A DNA stretch of 62,963 bases, filler included, from Octopus bimaculoides (GCF_001194135.2; 7 parts of 7 records of this genome joined end to end with filler, not necessarily neighbours in it); one strand, 5' to 3'; positions 24,806-38,907 are shown, counted from the first letter of the whole stretch. Notes: a model not told the origin generated them from the sequence alone. Made by a program: numbers and translations.

Positions 24806-25379
24806 AAATTTTAAATGTTGTTATTACTGTTTTGTATTCGTCAGACACTTCTAAGTCAGAATTGTTTATATATTCTTGTTTGTTTTTACTACGTCTTAAA
24901 AACTCGTCTTACAAAACTTAAGTTCCATCTTGTTCCTTAACTGATAAGATCCTCAAGAACTTATCAGTCCCCTTGTGTTTTTCGGTTAGGTGTAAATTCG
25001 TAAACGTTTTTCTCGAAATCAAACTGTTTTTGACAAACAAAAACAGACATGTCAATACTGATAGATGGTATTGGTATTGAGATAACGATTGCGAGAATGA
25101 TTTTCTATAACCGCTTCTTAGTTCTTTCACCATGAAAGAAACATCATAACTGTACGGCAGAAGCAGAAGCAACAACAACAACGACAACGGCAACTATTGC
25201 ATGTCACGCGGGGACGAAAATTAGAAAACAAAAGCAAAAAGCCCAGCAACCTGCCAAACAATATCCTGGCAACCACAGCAACACGTGACATTAATGACAA
25301 AATCCAAAACCAGCAACGTCGACATCTGTTGCAGAAGCAACATAAATAATGAAGACTATAGCAGCAGCATCACCACTAA

Positions 25380-25455
25380 CAGGTCAAAGCCCAGCAGTCA
25401 TGTTAATACGATTAATACCACTGTCAGCATCAGCATCACCACCACCACAACCACC

Positions 25456-25501
<46 letters not shown>

Positions 25502-25800
25502 CCAGCATCACTACTACCACAATCATCAGCACCACCCCCATCACTTATCATCGTCACCGCTATCACCACTCTCGCCACCACCANNNNNNNNNNNNNNNNN
25601 NNNNNNNNNNNNNNNNNNNNNNNNNNNNNNNNNNNNNNNNNNNNNNNNNNNNNNNNNNNNNNNNNNNNNNNNNNNNNNNNNNNNNNNNNNNNNNNNNNNN
25701 NCACCACCACTATAATCAACACCACCATTATTACCACCACTATTACTACCACCATCAGCATCAATACCACCACCACCACCACCACCACAATAATAATACA
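25380..25800. repeat. Compound (CAC)n/(CAA)n/(CAT)n trinucleotide tract with a gap
   Basis: Direct reading; source of the poly-T/H/N ORFs. Confidence 0.9.
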
Positions 25801-26845
25801 TTTCTTTTTTCGTTTTGTTCCCTATTTTTTTTTTATTTCTTCTTTCCCTTTTCTTTCTTTCTTTTCCTTTTTTCTATCACATGACTTTATAAAAGAACAA
25901 TCAGGTGTGCTTATTTTAATGGCCTACTAATGCATACAGTGAGTCTCTTTGCGTTAAGACACACAGCAAGAAATGGTACCAAAATTGAAAGAAGATAATA
26001 ATAATAATGGTTGTGATGATAATGATAATAATTATAATGCCGATAAAAAAAAGGCCATAGGGGCCGTAGAATGGACTAAAAAATAGCCAACATTTGAAAC
26101 TGCATAGTTAATCCTTAAAACACAAGAAACAGTACTTTGAACAAGCTATGTAAATTCTGCTGTAAATTTAAATTTTGAATCACCAGTATGTTGATTTCAT
26201 ACTAAACAGAAACTGAAAGTAGTAGCAGCGTAGTCAGCGATCGCAGCAATCTTGCACGCAGAGAATAAAAAAATGATACAGCGGAGTATTTTACTCATTG
26301 TTCAATTGGAAAGAGTGTGAATATAAATATATAATTGGGAAAGAGCTGATGGGTGGTACGAACATCAGGTTAATATCGTGGAAGAAAATGTGGTCGTTAT
26401 GTTGTTGAGGGATTACAACTTTCATTGACTGAGGAAAGATGACCAGGCATTGCTGTCGTTAATGAGAGGGAATGACATTGCGCAGTAATTGATATAGTAA
26501 TATTTCTGAGTGACAAAAGAATGTGTGAGCACGTGAGGACGGATAAGAAAATATTGGAAATTACAAAGATCAGCAAAATGTTGCAATAATGGTGAGCAAG
26601 AAACAAATGATTAATTTTTGCGCCAAGAGTGGAACTCATGTTTGGTAAAGTCATCAAAGGAATAAACTCAATGTTGGAAAAGCCGAAAGCTGAAATTCGA
26701 ACAGAAATATTAGATTATCATAAACCTCAAGACACCTAAGTAAAAATATTTTCCTCATGAAATAAATCATCAGGTCTCTTGGTTTATTACTGATAACACA
26801 CTTGTGGTGTAAAAAATGCCTCACAAGATCTGTAATTGATATGTA

Positions 26846-26847
26846 TA

Positions 26848-26893
<46 letters not shown>

Positions 26894-26914
26894 TTACTGA
26901 TGCTGCTGCTGTTG

Positions 26915-26971
<57 letters not shown>

Positions 26972-27230
26972 GTAATAATAATAATAATAATGCCACAAGA
27001 CCAGCAATTTGAGGTGAGGGGATGAGTTGACTACATCGATCCCAGTGTTCAACTGTTTCTTATTTTATCAATCTCGAATGGATGAAAGGCAATTTGACCT
27101 CGACAGAATTTGAACACAGAACGTAAGTCGGACGAAATGCCACTAAGTATTTTACCTTTCGTGCAAACGATTCTGCTAGATTGCCGCCTTCAATAACAAT
27201 AATAATAATGATGATGACGATGATGATGAC

Positions 27231-27271
<41 letters not shown>

Positions 27272-27350
27272 CATTTATATGCCTCAAGAGCGAAGGATGA
27301 GGGGGACAATGCGAAGAAGAAGAAGAAGAAGAAGAAGAAGAAGAAGAAGA
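26846..27350. repeat. (ACT)n, (AAT)n, (GAT)n and (GAA)n tracts flanking a minus-strand SINE B (about 26994-27190)
   Basis: Direct reading; B body GAATGGATGAAAGGCAATTTGACCTCGACAGAATTTGAAC. Confidence 0.85.
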
Positions 27351-27763
27351 AATATCACCTCGGAATATAAAGAAACAAAATAGAATTCGGTATTTAGTTT
27401 CGTATATTCCTTTACGTAAGGTTCATTTTGAGTAAAAAAAAAACACAATTTTAAAGAATGAAAATATTGATACAAACAATCAACCGTACAAAATGAGTTT
27501 AGTTGTTTTCTTATTACATCAAATTTTAGCATAAGGCCAGAAATTTTAAGAGTAACTTCCCAAGCCGATTTCATCGATCCTGGTACACGACTCGTACTTT
27601 TTAACGGTCCCGAAAGTTTCAAAGACAATGTCGACCCCGATAGCATTTCAACACAGAAACTGAAATGGGACAAAATATTGCTAAGCATTTGGTTCATTGT
27701 GTTAAGGATTCTGTCAGTTCGTCGCCTTCAAATGAGTTGATTAGTAGTTCTTTACATTATAGG

Positions 27764-27962
27764 CACAAGACCAGAAATTTGGGGAGAGCGGGTTAGTCGA
27801 TTAAATTCGACCGAAATACCGAAGTGGTACTTATTTTATCGGCTCAGAAAGGATAAAAAGCAAACTCGACCACGTCGGAATTGAACTCGCAATGTAAAAA
27901 TCTAGAAGAAATGACGAAAAGCCATCTTGCTCGATGGGCTAACGCTATCTCCAGGTTTCCGC
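27764..27962 (-). mobile_element. SINE family B
   Basis: AGGCACAAGACCAGAAATTT...GTCGGAATTGAACTC...CGCC. Confidence 0.8.
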
Positions 27963-28890
27963 CAGCATGTGGTTTATAATAATTAAAGCTTAAGTGTACA
28001 ACATATGTGTAACCTTAGAATTCTTCAATTTTTTCAATTATGGTAACGAGATATAAGAATGAAAATACAAGAAGTCAAAGAAATGATTGAAATGCAGTAT
28101 TAAATTCCTTACTTTTAGGAAATTCTAAATCACTACGCCTACGTCTGCCAGGCAGGATGTCTAACCTTCTATAATGTCAAATGAAATATGATGGGTTTTT
28201 TTTTTTGTTTCGGAAAATATTTTTATCGTGTTTTCAAATATCTTTGGTAGCACAGCAGGTCCTCATTTATCTTTTGCGAGACAATGGATGTAAATATAGA
28301 ATCAATGCATAATTATCTAAATGGATGCATTTACGATCGTAATATATCTCCAACTACAAAACTAAGCTGAAAGTAAGCGCAATCACACGCACATACACAC
28401 ACACACACTCACACACACACATACATACACGCACACACGCATGCATGCTCACGCATGCACGCACACACGCGCATGCAGACACATAATGCGCATATATGTA
28501 TACATGAGCACACAAACACACGCACAGGCACATAGACGCGTATGCATATAGACACAGGCACATAGCGTATGCATACACATATAACGCACATATGCATGCA
28601 CACACATAAGCGCGCATGCAGATACACGTACACACATATGCTTACATGCACATAAACGCCCGCACGCGCATGCATACACACGCGAATGCAGACACACATA
28701 CACACATATACCGATATGNNNNNNNNNNNNNNNNNNNNNNNNNNNNNNNNNNNNNNNNNNNNNNNNNNNNNNNNNNNNNNNNNNNNNNNNNNNNNNNNNN
28801 NNNNNNNNNNNNNNNNNNNNNNNNNNNNNNNNNNNNNNNNNNNNNNNNNNNTCTTTTTTAAACGATTTATTATATCGTTTTCTTTTGCGT

Positions 28891-28967
28891 AACCGCTAAG
28901 TTACTTGGACCTAAACACACCGACACTAGTTGTCAAGGTGCGGGGAGGACACAAACACAGACACAAA

Positions 28968-29025
<58 letters not shown>

Positions 29026-29086
29026 TACACACACATACACACACACACATATACGACGCGCTTCTTTCAGTCTCCGTCTTCCAAAT
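28891..29086 (-). mobile_element. SINE family A, central part with expanded (CA)n
   Basis: AACCGCTAAGTTAC...ACAAACACAGACAC(AC)n ATATACGACGCGCTTCTTTCAGT. Confidence 0.85.
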
Positions 29087-29167
29087 TATAGAGCATCCTG
29101 TTTTCGTTTTTGTTTATAGAGTTTGAGAAAAGGTTAATTTCCGATTGTTTTTAATAAACTCACAGTT

Positions 29168-29467
29168 ACTAACCTGCTTTCTATGTTCTACAAATGCTGC
29201 TTGTTGGCGTAGTCGTTTCGCAGTAAAATGATTTAATCCTGGATGCAGATCGTCCCAATATGATTTCAATCGATTCATGTAGCCAACAGCGGGGTTTTGT
29301 TACGCTTTTTCGTAGAAGTTAAATAGATCATTACGGTTTCTTCTATAGCTACAGCTAGAAAGAAAATTGTCTACCTGTTGAGCTGTTGTTTTCGGTCTGT
29401 TCCTCGATTGTATTGTTGATTTGTTGATGTTGTGTCCAGCCATGTTGTTTGTAGTATCTCTCTGCAT
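29168..29467 (-). mobile_element. N-terminal fragment of an R4/Dong-like LINE ORF
   Basis: Minus strand ...RNDLFNFYEKA*QNPAVGYMNRLKSYWDDLHPGLNHFTAKRLRQQAAFVE matches the GY..R....W...HP.....T..RL..Q motif at the N-terminus of R4-clade ORFs. Confidence 0.6.
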
Positions 29468-30106
29468 GCTATATTCAAGTTTCAGTCGAGAATCACTACG
29501 ATCATGAATAAAATGCTCCCTCAGTTAATTCGTCTGAAGATTAATCAGTTATTTAACAAGGCTGATAGTTATGGCTCCAAAGCTGAAGATAGTATACATT
29601 ATTGTTGGACCTTGCAAAACACTCTAGATTCCGCAATTCTATAAGAACAACTGCTTTTCCTCTCCAGTACTTGGTTCTCTTTCTCCTTTAGAAAACTCTA
29701 AGTTGGAGCAGTAAAATATATTCAAAACAAAACAACCAACAATTTTAGCATAGTTGAATTTGGAAATATAATTGTGACAGCATTGTGTATTGCTGTTTTA
29801 AAATTCGACTTTGCAGTCTGAAGGACAAGTACTCGGACAAAAATCAAGAGTAGTGGCTATAATGACCAAAACCTTCCAAATTTATTTAACCATAGAAATT
29901 AATCTTTAATTATATCAATTAATTACTTTTTAAAAATATCAGATGTGCATATGTATGTGTGGCGTGTCAATGTGTGCAAAACTTTGAACATGTGCATATA
30001 TAACAAAAAAACAACAAAGTGAGGACGTGATATGGATAGCGTTATTGGACGGTCAGGAAAGGAAAGAAAGAGTGTATGCATATATATGTGTGTGTGTATG
30101 TGTGCA

Positions 30107-30154
<48 letters not shown>

Positions 30155-31310
30155 TGTGTGTGTGTGTGTTTAATTGCTGCGTGAGTGTATAGTGAACTCA
30201 AAAATCGCTCTTTCGAAAGTATCTAGAATTTCAATAAGACAAAAAAAAAGATGACCACATTCATACAACTATTCTTTAATGAATACCAAAGAACAAGACA
30301 TGGAAATTATAATTTTACTGAAGAAAGTCAAAAACATCTGGCTTTTCAATTAAAACCTTGACCAATTCAAAAACAAAAATTGTTTTTCCTTACCCATCCT
30401 AAAAGGCCACTAAGTACTAAACATACACGTCTGACCATACCAATACCTCCCCTTCCTTCTCCAAAAACTTTTTTTTCTTTCTTCACACATACTTGCCAAA
30501 CCCCAGAAAATTTTATATATATATAAAAGCCAGAAAGCGCTAAAAGTGTAAATAAAATGAAAAGAAAAAATATATATAATCATCCAACGTTCTGACTACC
30601 TTATTATTCTAAATATACAATATCTGTACATCACTTCAAACTCTCTCTCTCNNNNNNNNNNNNNNNNNNNNNNNNNNNNNNNNNNNNNNNNNNNNNNNNN
30701 NNNNNNNNNNNNNNNNNNNNNNNNNNNNNNNNNNNNNNNNNNNNNNNNNNNNNNNNNNNNNNNNNNNNNNNNNNNNNNNNNNNNNNNNNNNNNNNNNNNN
30801 NNNNNNNNNNNNNNNNNNNNNNNNNNNNNNNNNNNNNNNNNNNNNNNNNNNNNNNNNNNNNNNNNNNNNNNNNNNNNNNNNNNNNNNNNNNNNNNNNNNN
30901 NNNNNNNNNNNNNNNNNNNNNNNNNNNNNNNNNNNNNNNNNNNNNNNNNNNNNNNNNNNNNNNNNNNNNNNNNNNNNNNNNNNNNNNNNNNNNNNNNNNN
31001 NNNNNNNNNNNNNNNNNNNNNNNNNNNNNNNNNNNNNNNNNNNNNNNNNNNNNNNNNNNNNNNNNNNNNNNNNNNNNNNNNNNNNGAATAACATATCGTT
31101 TGAATACTTGAATACCGATTGCTCTCAGACATAAATACCAGATGTTGAGGGCATTTTCAGATTATGTACATATTACAGATAGCTAAGATTTTCATTTCTT
31201 TAATTGTATATCTATAATGTATTTACATCAAATGAAATTTTTTAAAATATTCAAGAACTATGAGCTAGGTATTCATTAAATTTATTAGTTTCTTCCTACA
31301 ACTCTTATAT

Positions 31311-31490
31311 TGGCTTCAAATTTTGACACAAGAGCTGAAGGGCCCAAGTCGACTCCAGTGTTCAACTGGTAATTATTTTATCAACCCCAAAAGGATGAAA
31401 GGCAAAGTCGACCTTGGTGGCATTTGAACTGAGAACGTGAAGGCGGACGAAATGCCACTAAGCATTTTCCCCGTTGTGCTAACGATTCTG
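31311..31490 (-). mobile_element. SINE family B
   Basis: AAAGGATGAAAGGCAAAGTCGACCTTGGTGGCATTTGAACTGAGAACGTG. Confidence 0.85.
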
Positions 31491-31699
31491 ACATATATTC
31501 ATAGTAAGGAAAAGTGTAATATTCTTCCAAGAGAAAAAGAACAGTTAAATAAATCTGTGTTTGGATTTTGATTTAGAAGGAAATGTAAGTCGACTACGTG
31601 AGGATTAAACTGAACCTGAGAGAAATCAAGCTAAATATATTGTTTATATTGATGACCCACTTGGTCACTCCATCGTTAATTATAGTTGTTATGCAAGTT

Positions 31700-32230
31700 T
31701 TGTTGTTGGCATTTTACCGCAGGCCGATAATTTATTTGGTTTCTTCTTGACCACTCCTCCTCTGTCCGTGTTTATGCCTCTCATGACTAATGAGGTCGAT
31801 TTTTGCATCGGAGTGTATGTTACAAAGTTCACAATGGATCTCTGGTGGAGGCTTTGGTAGTTGCAGCCTCCATTTTCTTCCTTGCCGTTTCACTTTCACT
31901 TTCCTCTGTCGTTCAGCTTCAGAATGATGCCGAGGTATCTTCCTCGGGTAACCATGTACTCTCGCTCCTCTCAGTCATGGTCGGGTCGTGGGCGACTAAA
32001 CCAGCTCCCCTTCTTGGTTCAGATTCCTGGAACTTGGAGGATGGTGTGAGGGTACCTAGCAGAACTAAAAACAAGATCTGTTCAAACAAGGGCACAGGGG
32101 CGCTGTCCTTGTCCCTCACTATACCAAACTAAGACCCCCAACGATGGTTCAAACGGAGGAAGCTAGATCTCCGAACTCAACGGTTGATCCTAGCGGAAGA
32201 GGACAATGCCAGGCGGACTGGCTATGTATG
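31700..32230 (-). mobile_element. GC-richer decayed coding-like segment, possibly LINE ORF1
   Basis: Minus strand MTERSESTWLPEEDTSASF*S*TTEESESETARKKMEAATTKASTRDP(fs)IVNFVTYTPMQKSTSLVMRGINTDRGGVVKKKP; no diagnostic motif. Confidence 0.3.
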
Positions 32231-32746
32231 TTTATGATGGATCTAACATAAAATTCTCGAAAGAAGACATTAAAATATTTTATAAAATTTTATTGCGAAA
32301 ATTGAAACAATACGTCGAATTGTGCCAGGAATTACGAAGCCGCTACATAGTTGCTCGACATACTAACATTAGCAACCGCATGTCTTTTATATTATACTCC
32401 AGTTGTGTAAAATTATCTTAAATACATTATGAGTGACGACCCCATTTTGTTTCTTAGAGTATAACGTAACAATGAATGCAGCATCTGTTGAATGCTTTCC
32501 CTTATGGTGCAGTGTGTGGTGTGATGGTGAATTTTGCATTCATTTTTAGAAACGCATGTGATGTAGAATTACCCACACTTGATGAAGTGTTTTTCAGTTT
32601 TCTACATTCGTTCAAACTGACGTTCCTACATAATGTTATAAAGTCAAAGGTAAATGTGGAATTGTGTGTGACTTAATGTCGCTACTACATTAGTCTGAAA
32701 TTCTTTGTTACCTTCTATTTAGCAAGATTCGTGAAAAACACATTTA

Positions 32747-33222
32747 CATCATCATCATCATCCTCGTTTAACGTCCGCTTTAAATGCTAGCATGGGTTGG
32801 ATGATTTGACTGAAGACTGGTAAAACAGATGGCTACACCAGGCTCCAATCTGATTTGGCAGAGTTTCTATAACTGGATGCCCTTCCTAACCCCAACCACT
32901 CCGAGAGTGTAGTGGGTGCTTTTACGTGCCACAGACACGAAGACCAGTCAGGTGATATTGGCAACGGCCACGCTCAAAATGGTGTATTTTACGTGCCATC
33001 TGCACAGGAGTCAGTCCAGCGGCACTGGCAACGACCTCACATGAATGTCTTTTCACGTGCCACCGGCACAACTGCCAGGAAGGCGACGCTGCTAACGATC
33101 ACGCTCAAATGGTGCTATTTACGTGCCACTGGCACGGAAGCCAGACAGCTGCTCTGGCAACGATCACACTCGGATGGTGCTCTTAGCGCACCACTGGTAC
33201 AAGTGCCATCACGATTTCGCTT
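32747..33222 (-). mobile_element. 3' part of a (GAT)n-tailed retroposon (SINE or RTE-like 3' end) with internal ~65-bp tandem repeats
   Basis: (ATC)n at 32747-32762; tail motif CCATGCTAGCAT; GGATGCCCTTCCTAAC; units anchored on TTTACGTGCCA at 32921, 32988, 33052 and 33118. Confidence 0.8.
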
Positions 33223-34173
33223 TCGATTTACGTATGTTAAAAAATGCATTTCCGCATTTTGCTACCACTTGATTGTGAACATTTACCATATTTTGAAATA
33301 AATTCGGAACACTTATATCAATTTCCTTTGAAATAATCCAAGGAGACAATAGATTTGAGAAGCAAGATTAGAATTAGGCTTTGCTTAAGATAATCAAAAT
33401 ACGATGCCATCTACTTTGTTTATATTTTCCTTTTAGACAATTCTTAACATTCTGACGTAGGTTGAAAACGATAGGATTAAAATTTGTTCAAAAGTAGCTA
33501 TTTGTAGCAGTTGTAGGTATGTTCCATTACCTGAATGGATGAATTGAATGTGAAGAAAATAAAGAGATTTACAGAATAGTAGCACTTATTTGATATTTAG
33601 ATGTGTCTTAGAGAAGAAATTACTTGAAGTATTGTGATTTATATAAATTGCTTTGTCTGTATTTCAAAACTACAGACATAATTATCGAAGCATTCTCAAA
33701 ACCTTACAACATTCATATAATCATCATCTATTTAGACAAGTCTCATTCAACTCACGAACTTAGCTATGTAAGCTAAGTATTAATGACTATATTAACTACA
33801 GTGATAAAACTCTCTTTCTCTTCGAATCAGCCAGTAGTATGCTGCATATAACAAGTGTTGAGAATTATGATAGAACTAATCTGATCTTTTACGGACTCTC
33901 ATACTGTCTCCATCATCAGCTGCTTTTTAGGACGCAAAATTCGTAGAAGAGTAAAATAAATAAATGAATAAATAAACAAAATAATGTAACAAATACATAA
34001 GAATTTACACTAGCGAACTTATATATGCATCGCATAGAGAAATAGCAGTGTAAATAAAACAAACAAAATATGTACTTCTGTTATAGATTTTGCTGATCTG
34101 TATTGAATTTTCATATACTTATAAAGTAATATTAGTGATCAAAAACATACAAAAACGTATGTTGTTCTTCTTT

Positions 34174-34240
<67 letters not shown>

Positions 34241-34628
34241 TTTACTGTTTTATGAAGGTAACATCAACAATGAAGTATTCTATCCAGTGACAGATAGATA
34301 TCATTTAATGTGCGCTATAATAAAATAACAGCTTAAGAGCTACCAATCGTTTCCTGCTGCTAAGACACGTGGTTAGCTAGAGATCTCTTTTTGATTTTAG
34401 CAAAAGTAAGCATTCAAATTTCATTTGGCAAACTCGAGGACACCACCCTCTCTGGTTTGAGCAATGGACTCACAGAATTGGTCTCCGTTGAATTATTCTG
34501 TAACAATTTAATTATGATTTCTACGGGGCGTAACCCTAACTTTCCTTTGTTTTTTTCCGTTTTATTCACTCCTTTTCTTCCCATCTCACTTTTTACATCA
34601 TCAGTCTCCTCGTTTTCTTTCTCTCTCG

Positions 34629-34984
34629 TGGTTCCGGGTTCAGTCCCACTGCGTGGCACCTTGTGCAAGTGTCTTCTGTTATAGCCTCGGGCCTTGTGAG
34701 TGGATTTGGTAGACGGAAACTGAAAGAAGCCCGTCGTATATATGTATAAATATATATATGTATGTGTGTGTATATGTTTGTGTGTCTGTGTTTGTCCCAC
34801 CCAACATCGCTTGACAACCGATGTTGGTGTGTTTATGTCCCTGTAACTTAGCGGTTCGGCAAAAGAGACCGATAGAATAAGTACTAGGCTTAGAAAGACT
34901 AAGTCCTGGAGTCGATTTGCTCGGTTAAAGGCGGTGCCCCAGCGTGGCCACAGTCAAAATGACTGAAATAAGTAAAAGAGTAAA
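34629..34984 (+). mobile_element. SINE family A, nearly full length
   Basis: GGTTCCGGGTTCAGTCCCACTGCGTGGCACC...GACTGAAATAAGTAAAAGAGTAAA. Confidence 0.92.
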
Positions 34985-35732
34985 TATTAGTGTGTGTGTG
35001 TGCGTGTGTGCGCGCGAGCTTCTATGTATGTATATTTATTCATTATGTTCAAAATCTATGCGAACAGAATTCGCTTGATGTGATGTTTAACCTGACTAAA
35101 ATTCTCCTATATATTAGTAGGGGTCCCTTAAGTAAACAATGGGACCGCTACAAGTAGTCACCAAAATGAATGTCTCAAGCAACCTAAAGTGTCTTTAAAG
35201 AGAAAGTAGGCAACAGATGCTTTATCGCGCATGCGCATTGCCTGAAAGGTAAGATTGTATGGTCACGGTTTAACAATGTAAGATATAGTCACAAGCTGTC
35301 ATGTGGTTTCAGAGCTATACGTCAACAACGTTAGTATCTTTCGGCTACCCTGAAATAATTATCATATCCTTCTCATATCCTCGTGTCCTTTTATAATACA
35401 AAGGAGACTGGGTAATATGAGTTCTATCTGTACAGTGTGTGAGAGAAAAACGAAATGTCCACGGCTTGAATGTTTTTGATCATAATTGTACTCCATCAGG
35501 GTTGAATAAGGACTAAGGAACAACTATAACAGCACCAGATATTATATTCCGTACACTATCCTGCAATACATCTAGACAGATCCTCCGTTATTCTTCCTTG
35601 AGTCATTAAGCGTTTCAGGTCTTTCAACGATGAGATAAAATTACCCAGGTTGGTAAAAATTACCTCATCTTGATTACAGTTAATACTGCTTTAGTTAGCA
35701 CTTCTTTAAGAACTCATAAACCTTGAACCGGT

Positions 35733-36123
35733 GGAGGCGCAATGGCCCAGTGGTTAGGGAAGTGGATTCGCGGTCGTAGGATCACGGTTTCGATTCCCAG
35801 ACCGTGCGTTGTGAGTGTTTATTGAGTGAAAACACCTAAAGCTCCACGAGGCTCCGGCAGGGGATGGTGGCGAACCCTGCTGTACTCTTCCACCACAACT
35901 TTCTCTCACTCTTACTTCCTGTTTCTGTTGTGCCTGTAATTCAAAGGGTCAGCCTTGTCACACTGTGTCACGCTGAATATCCACGAGAACTATGTTAAGA
36001 GTACACGTGTCTGTGGAGTCCTCAGCCACTTGTACGTTAATTTCACGAGCAGGCTGTTCCGTTGATTGGATCAACTGGAACCCTCGACGTCGTAAGCGAC
36101 GGAGTGCCAACAACAACAACAAC
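35733..36123 (+). mobile_element. Full-length tRNA-derived SINE, family C (391 bp, (CAA)n tail)
   Basis: A box TGGCCCAGTGG, B box GGTTTCGATTCC, unique body, ends GGAGTGCC(AAC)n. Confidence 0.92.
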
Positions 36124-36868
36124 ATACCTTCAGCCATAACCAAAAGAAAGTTCTGGTGCTCTTTGCACAGCGATGTTAACGGCCCTCTACATACTGGGCT
36201 ATGTCAAGCCCAGCGTGTTGCAGAGTCTGTAAAAGAACTCGCTTGCACTGTTCCAATGGGATCACACCTTAGTTGCCACCCATTGTTTCGACATATCTCT
36301 TCCAAATCAGCGTCTTAAAGTTAAAACAAATTCACACCAACGGAAAGGCAATAGCATAATTTCGCTCAATTAGGTTTAGAAAATTCAGTACTATATCTAG
36401 CTGTAACACTTAGTACTTAGAAGCAAAATTACAAACACTAAAAAAAAAAAGAAAGACAAAAGTAATAGAAATAAGAGAAATAAAAAACAATAACCGACAA
36501 ATGATAGTATCGTTTGAATACCTGTGATATATATGTCTCGGTTTTAGAGAGAAAGAAATTATCAGCTGATGTAATGTAATTTTCAACCAACACTTCAATA
36601 TTCATCACACTATTGGTAATTATTCAATATTTCAGTAGTCAAGTGTTTTTGCTCTTATTTTTATTTATTTATTTTTTTATATATTTCTATATATTTTTCA
36701 AAAATAACCGTTTGAACATTAACAGACTTTGAAGTTGGTGAATTCTATCGGCAATAACAAAATACCATAGAAATATTTATGAAGTATCATTTTCGTGATC
36801 TCGCTATATCGTTAGTCACTTAATTTGCTGTCGTTTGTTTAAAAACGTAGTAATACAGTCCTGCATTC

Positions 36869-36912
<44 letters not shown>

Positions 36913-36922
36913 NNNNNNNNNN

Positions 36923-36979
<57 letters not shown>

Positions 36980-37092
36980 AATACACACACATATAGATAC
37001 ATAGATATATAGATATATATAGATATAGATAGATGCGCGCACACACACACACACACATATATATATATTGGTATATGTATATGTTTGTACGT

Positions 37093-37157
<65 letters not shown>

Positions 37158-38907
37158 CATGTGTGTGTGTGTGTGTTTATGTGTGTGTACGTATGGAGAA
37201 AATGTCACAAGTAGATGTATAATAGTTAAGAGTAAGTTAATATAGAGTGATAGAAAGAAGAAATGAAAGCAAGAAGGAAAATATTGACAGAGAAATTTTG
37301 AAATATTAGGAAGGCAAGTAAAAGGATACAATATTTCTACATATAATGATGGTGTAATAAACGGCGAAAACTTGGATATATTTATAAATACATGACAGAA
37401 AATGTCACGGGTAAACGAGATGCTCTAATATTACATTATGGACTGCCCTGTTGAAATCAAGATCAATAGTTTATATAGAAATATTGGACACCTAAACACT
37501 GTCATTATGCGTAAAATGGATAGCAGTTTCGCAGGCCATAACTCTGACTTAAATGACAAATTATCTGAAACGTAAGATAAATGCTGAGAGGAGAGAGCTG
37601 AGTGTAGTCTAATAGGTTAGAAAGAGGGACAGCGATCTGTAATTTCAAAACTTTTATTTTCGTACAAAATACGAGAAGCTAGAACGCTTCGATTCCCAGC
37701 GGTTGACAAACTATTTATTGAAATATAAATGTTATTAGCATAAGGACATTACTCAGCAATAACTAGAATGATAGTGGTAAAGAATTCCAAGCTAAAACAA
37801 GTAAACCCAGAATGGCCTAAGTCATAAAGTTATGAGTTTCTCTTATAAATAAATGCATTTGAAAGTCTTTATGCATGCGACGTTTTGCAACTTATCGTTC
37901 AGTGCTATAAAGCAATCCGAGAAAACGGTGCACTTATAAGCGATACTATGGTAATGTATGCTCTTTCATGCCTGTAATGATCTCATGGATGGCATAAATT
38001 TCACAAGTCTCACCTCTAATATAATAGCAGAAATCTTCCGTGTATAATCAAAAATAAATTTATATTTGCCAGTATGAAAATTATGTTCTATAAACGGAAA
38101 GAATCTAATAATCAGGAAATGGTTTGAAAATGGTCGTGTATTGTTATTCATAATATTAATAGTAGCGAGGATTGTAGATCGACAAAATCGGTTGAACAAC
38201 AAATAAAATACATTGCAATACATGAACGCTCTGGGTTCAAACATTACGAAAGTAGCATACAACTATCTTAATTACGGGATCGATAAATGCAATTATCAAT
38301 CACATGCTACAACCTCTTTAACCTTTTCTCTGCGAAATTAAATTTCATGGTTATTCTAGTAATCATGTTAAATATCTACAAAAAGAAAAAATCCAAAAAA
38401 TACCCAGGAAGCCCCAACAGAATTGACATTTCCTGTAAGTCACGTTGCCTCAATAAACTTGACAAAATCTCAACAGAAAATAGTTTCTCATCACATTCCT
38501 CAATAAAAGATAAATTTGTAAATAAAATTGCTTTCCGCAGTTAATGGTAATGAAATTTTGATTGGATATATCTGCTTTCGGCTGTACAAGGGTTAAACAA
38601 ACTACACTCATCTCTCCCACAACATGCATTTGAGAAAATGCATTGCGGTATACCCTCCAGCTCTTTACTTTCTGATTTCAATCCTCACTCTGATGAAATT
38701 TGCTTCTCATCCTCCAAGGTTCGATAAAATAAAGTACTATTTGAGAAGGGAATTCGGTTAATTCGATCTAACACTCTTCTTAACTGTGTAGTCTTGTATC
38801 TAAAGTATTTTCAATATCCCCATTGACGCATCTTCGAATGGAATTAAACAGATAATTAAGTAAGACACTCATTTCATAATATTATAGAACCCTTTTATCA
38901 AATACAC

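Noticed and set aside
35733-35810. Functional tRNA gene (also the heads of SINE families A, B and D)
   Set aside because: A and B boxes are present but there is no complete cloverleaf, and each continues into a repeated SINE body.
38325-38597. TTAA-bounded piggyBac-type MITE (ends AAGGGTTAA)
   Set aside because: The left end matches only weakly; no convincing TIR pair.
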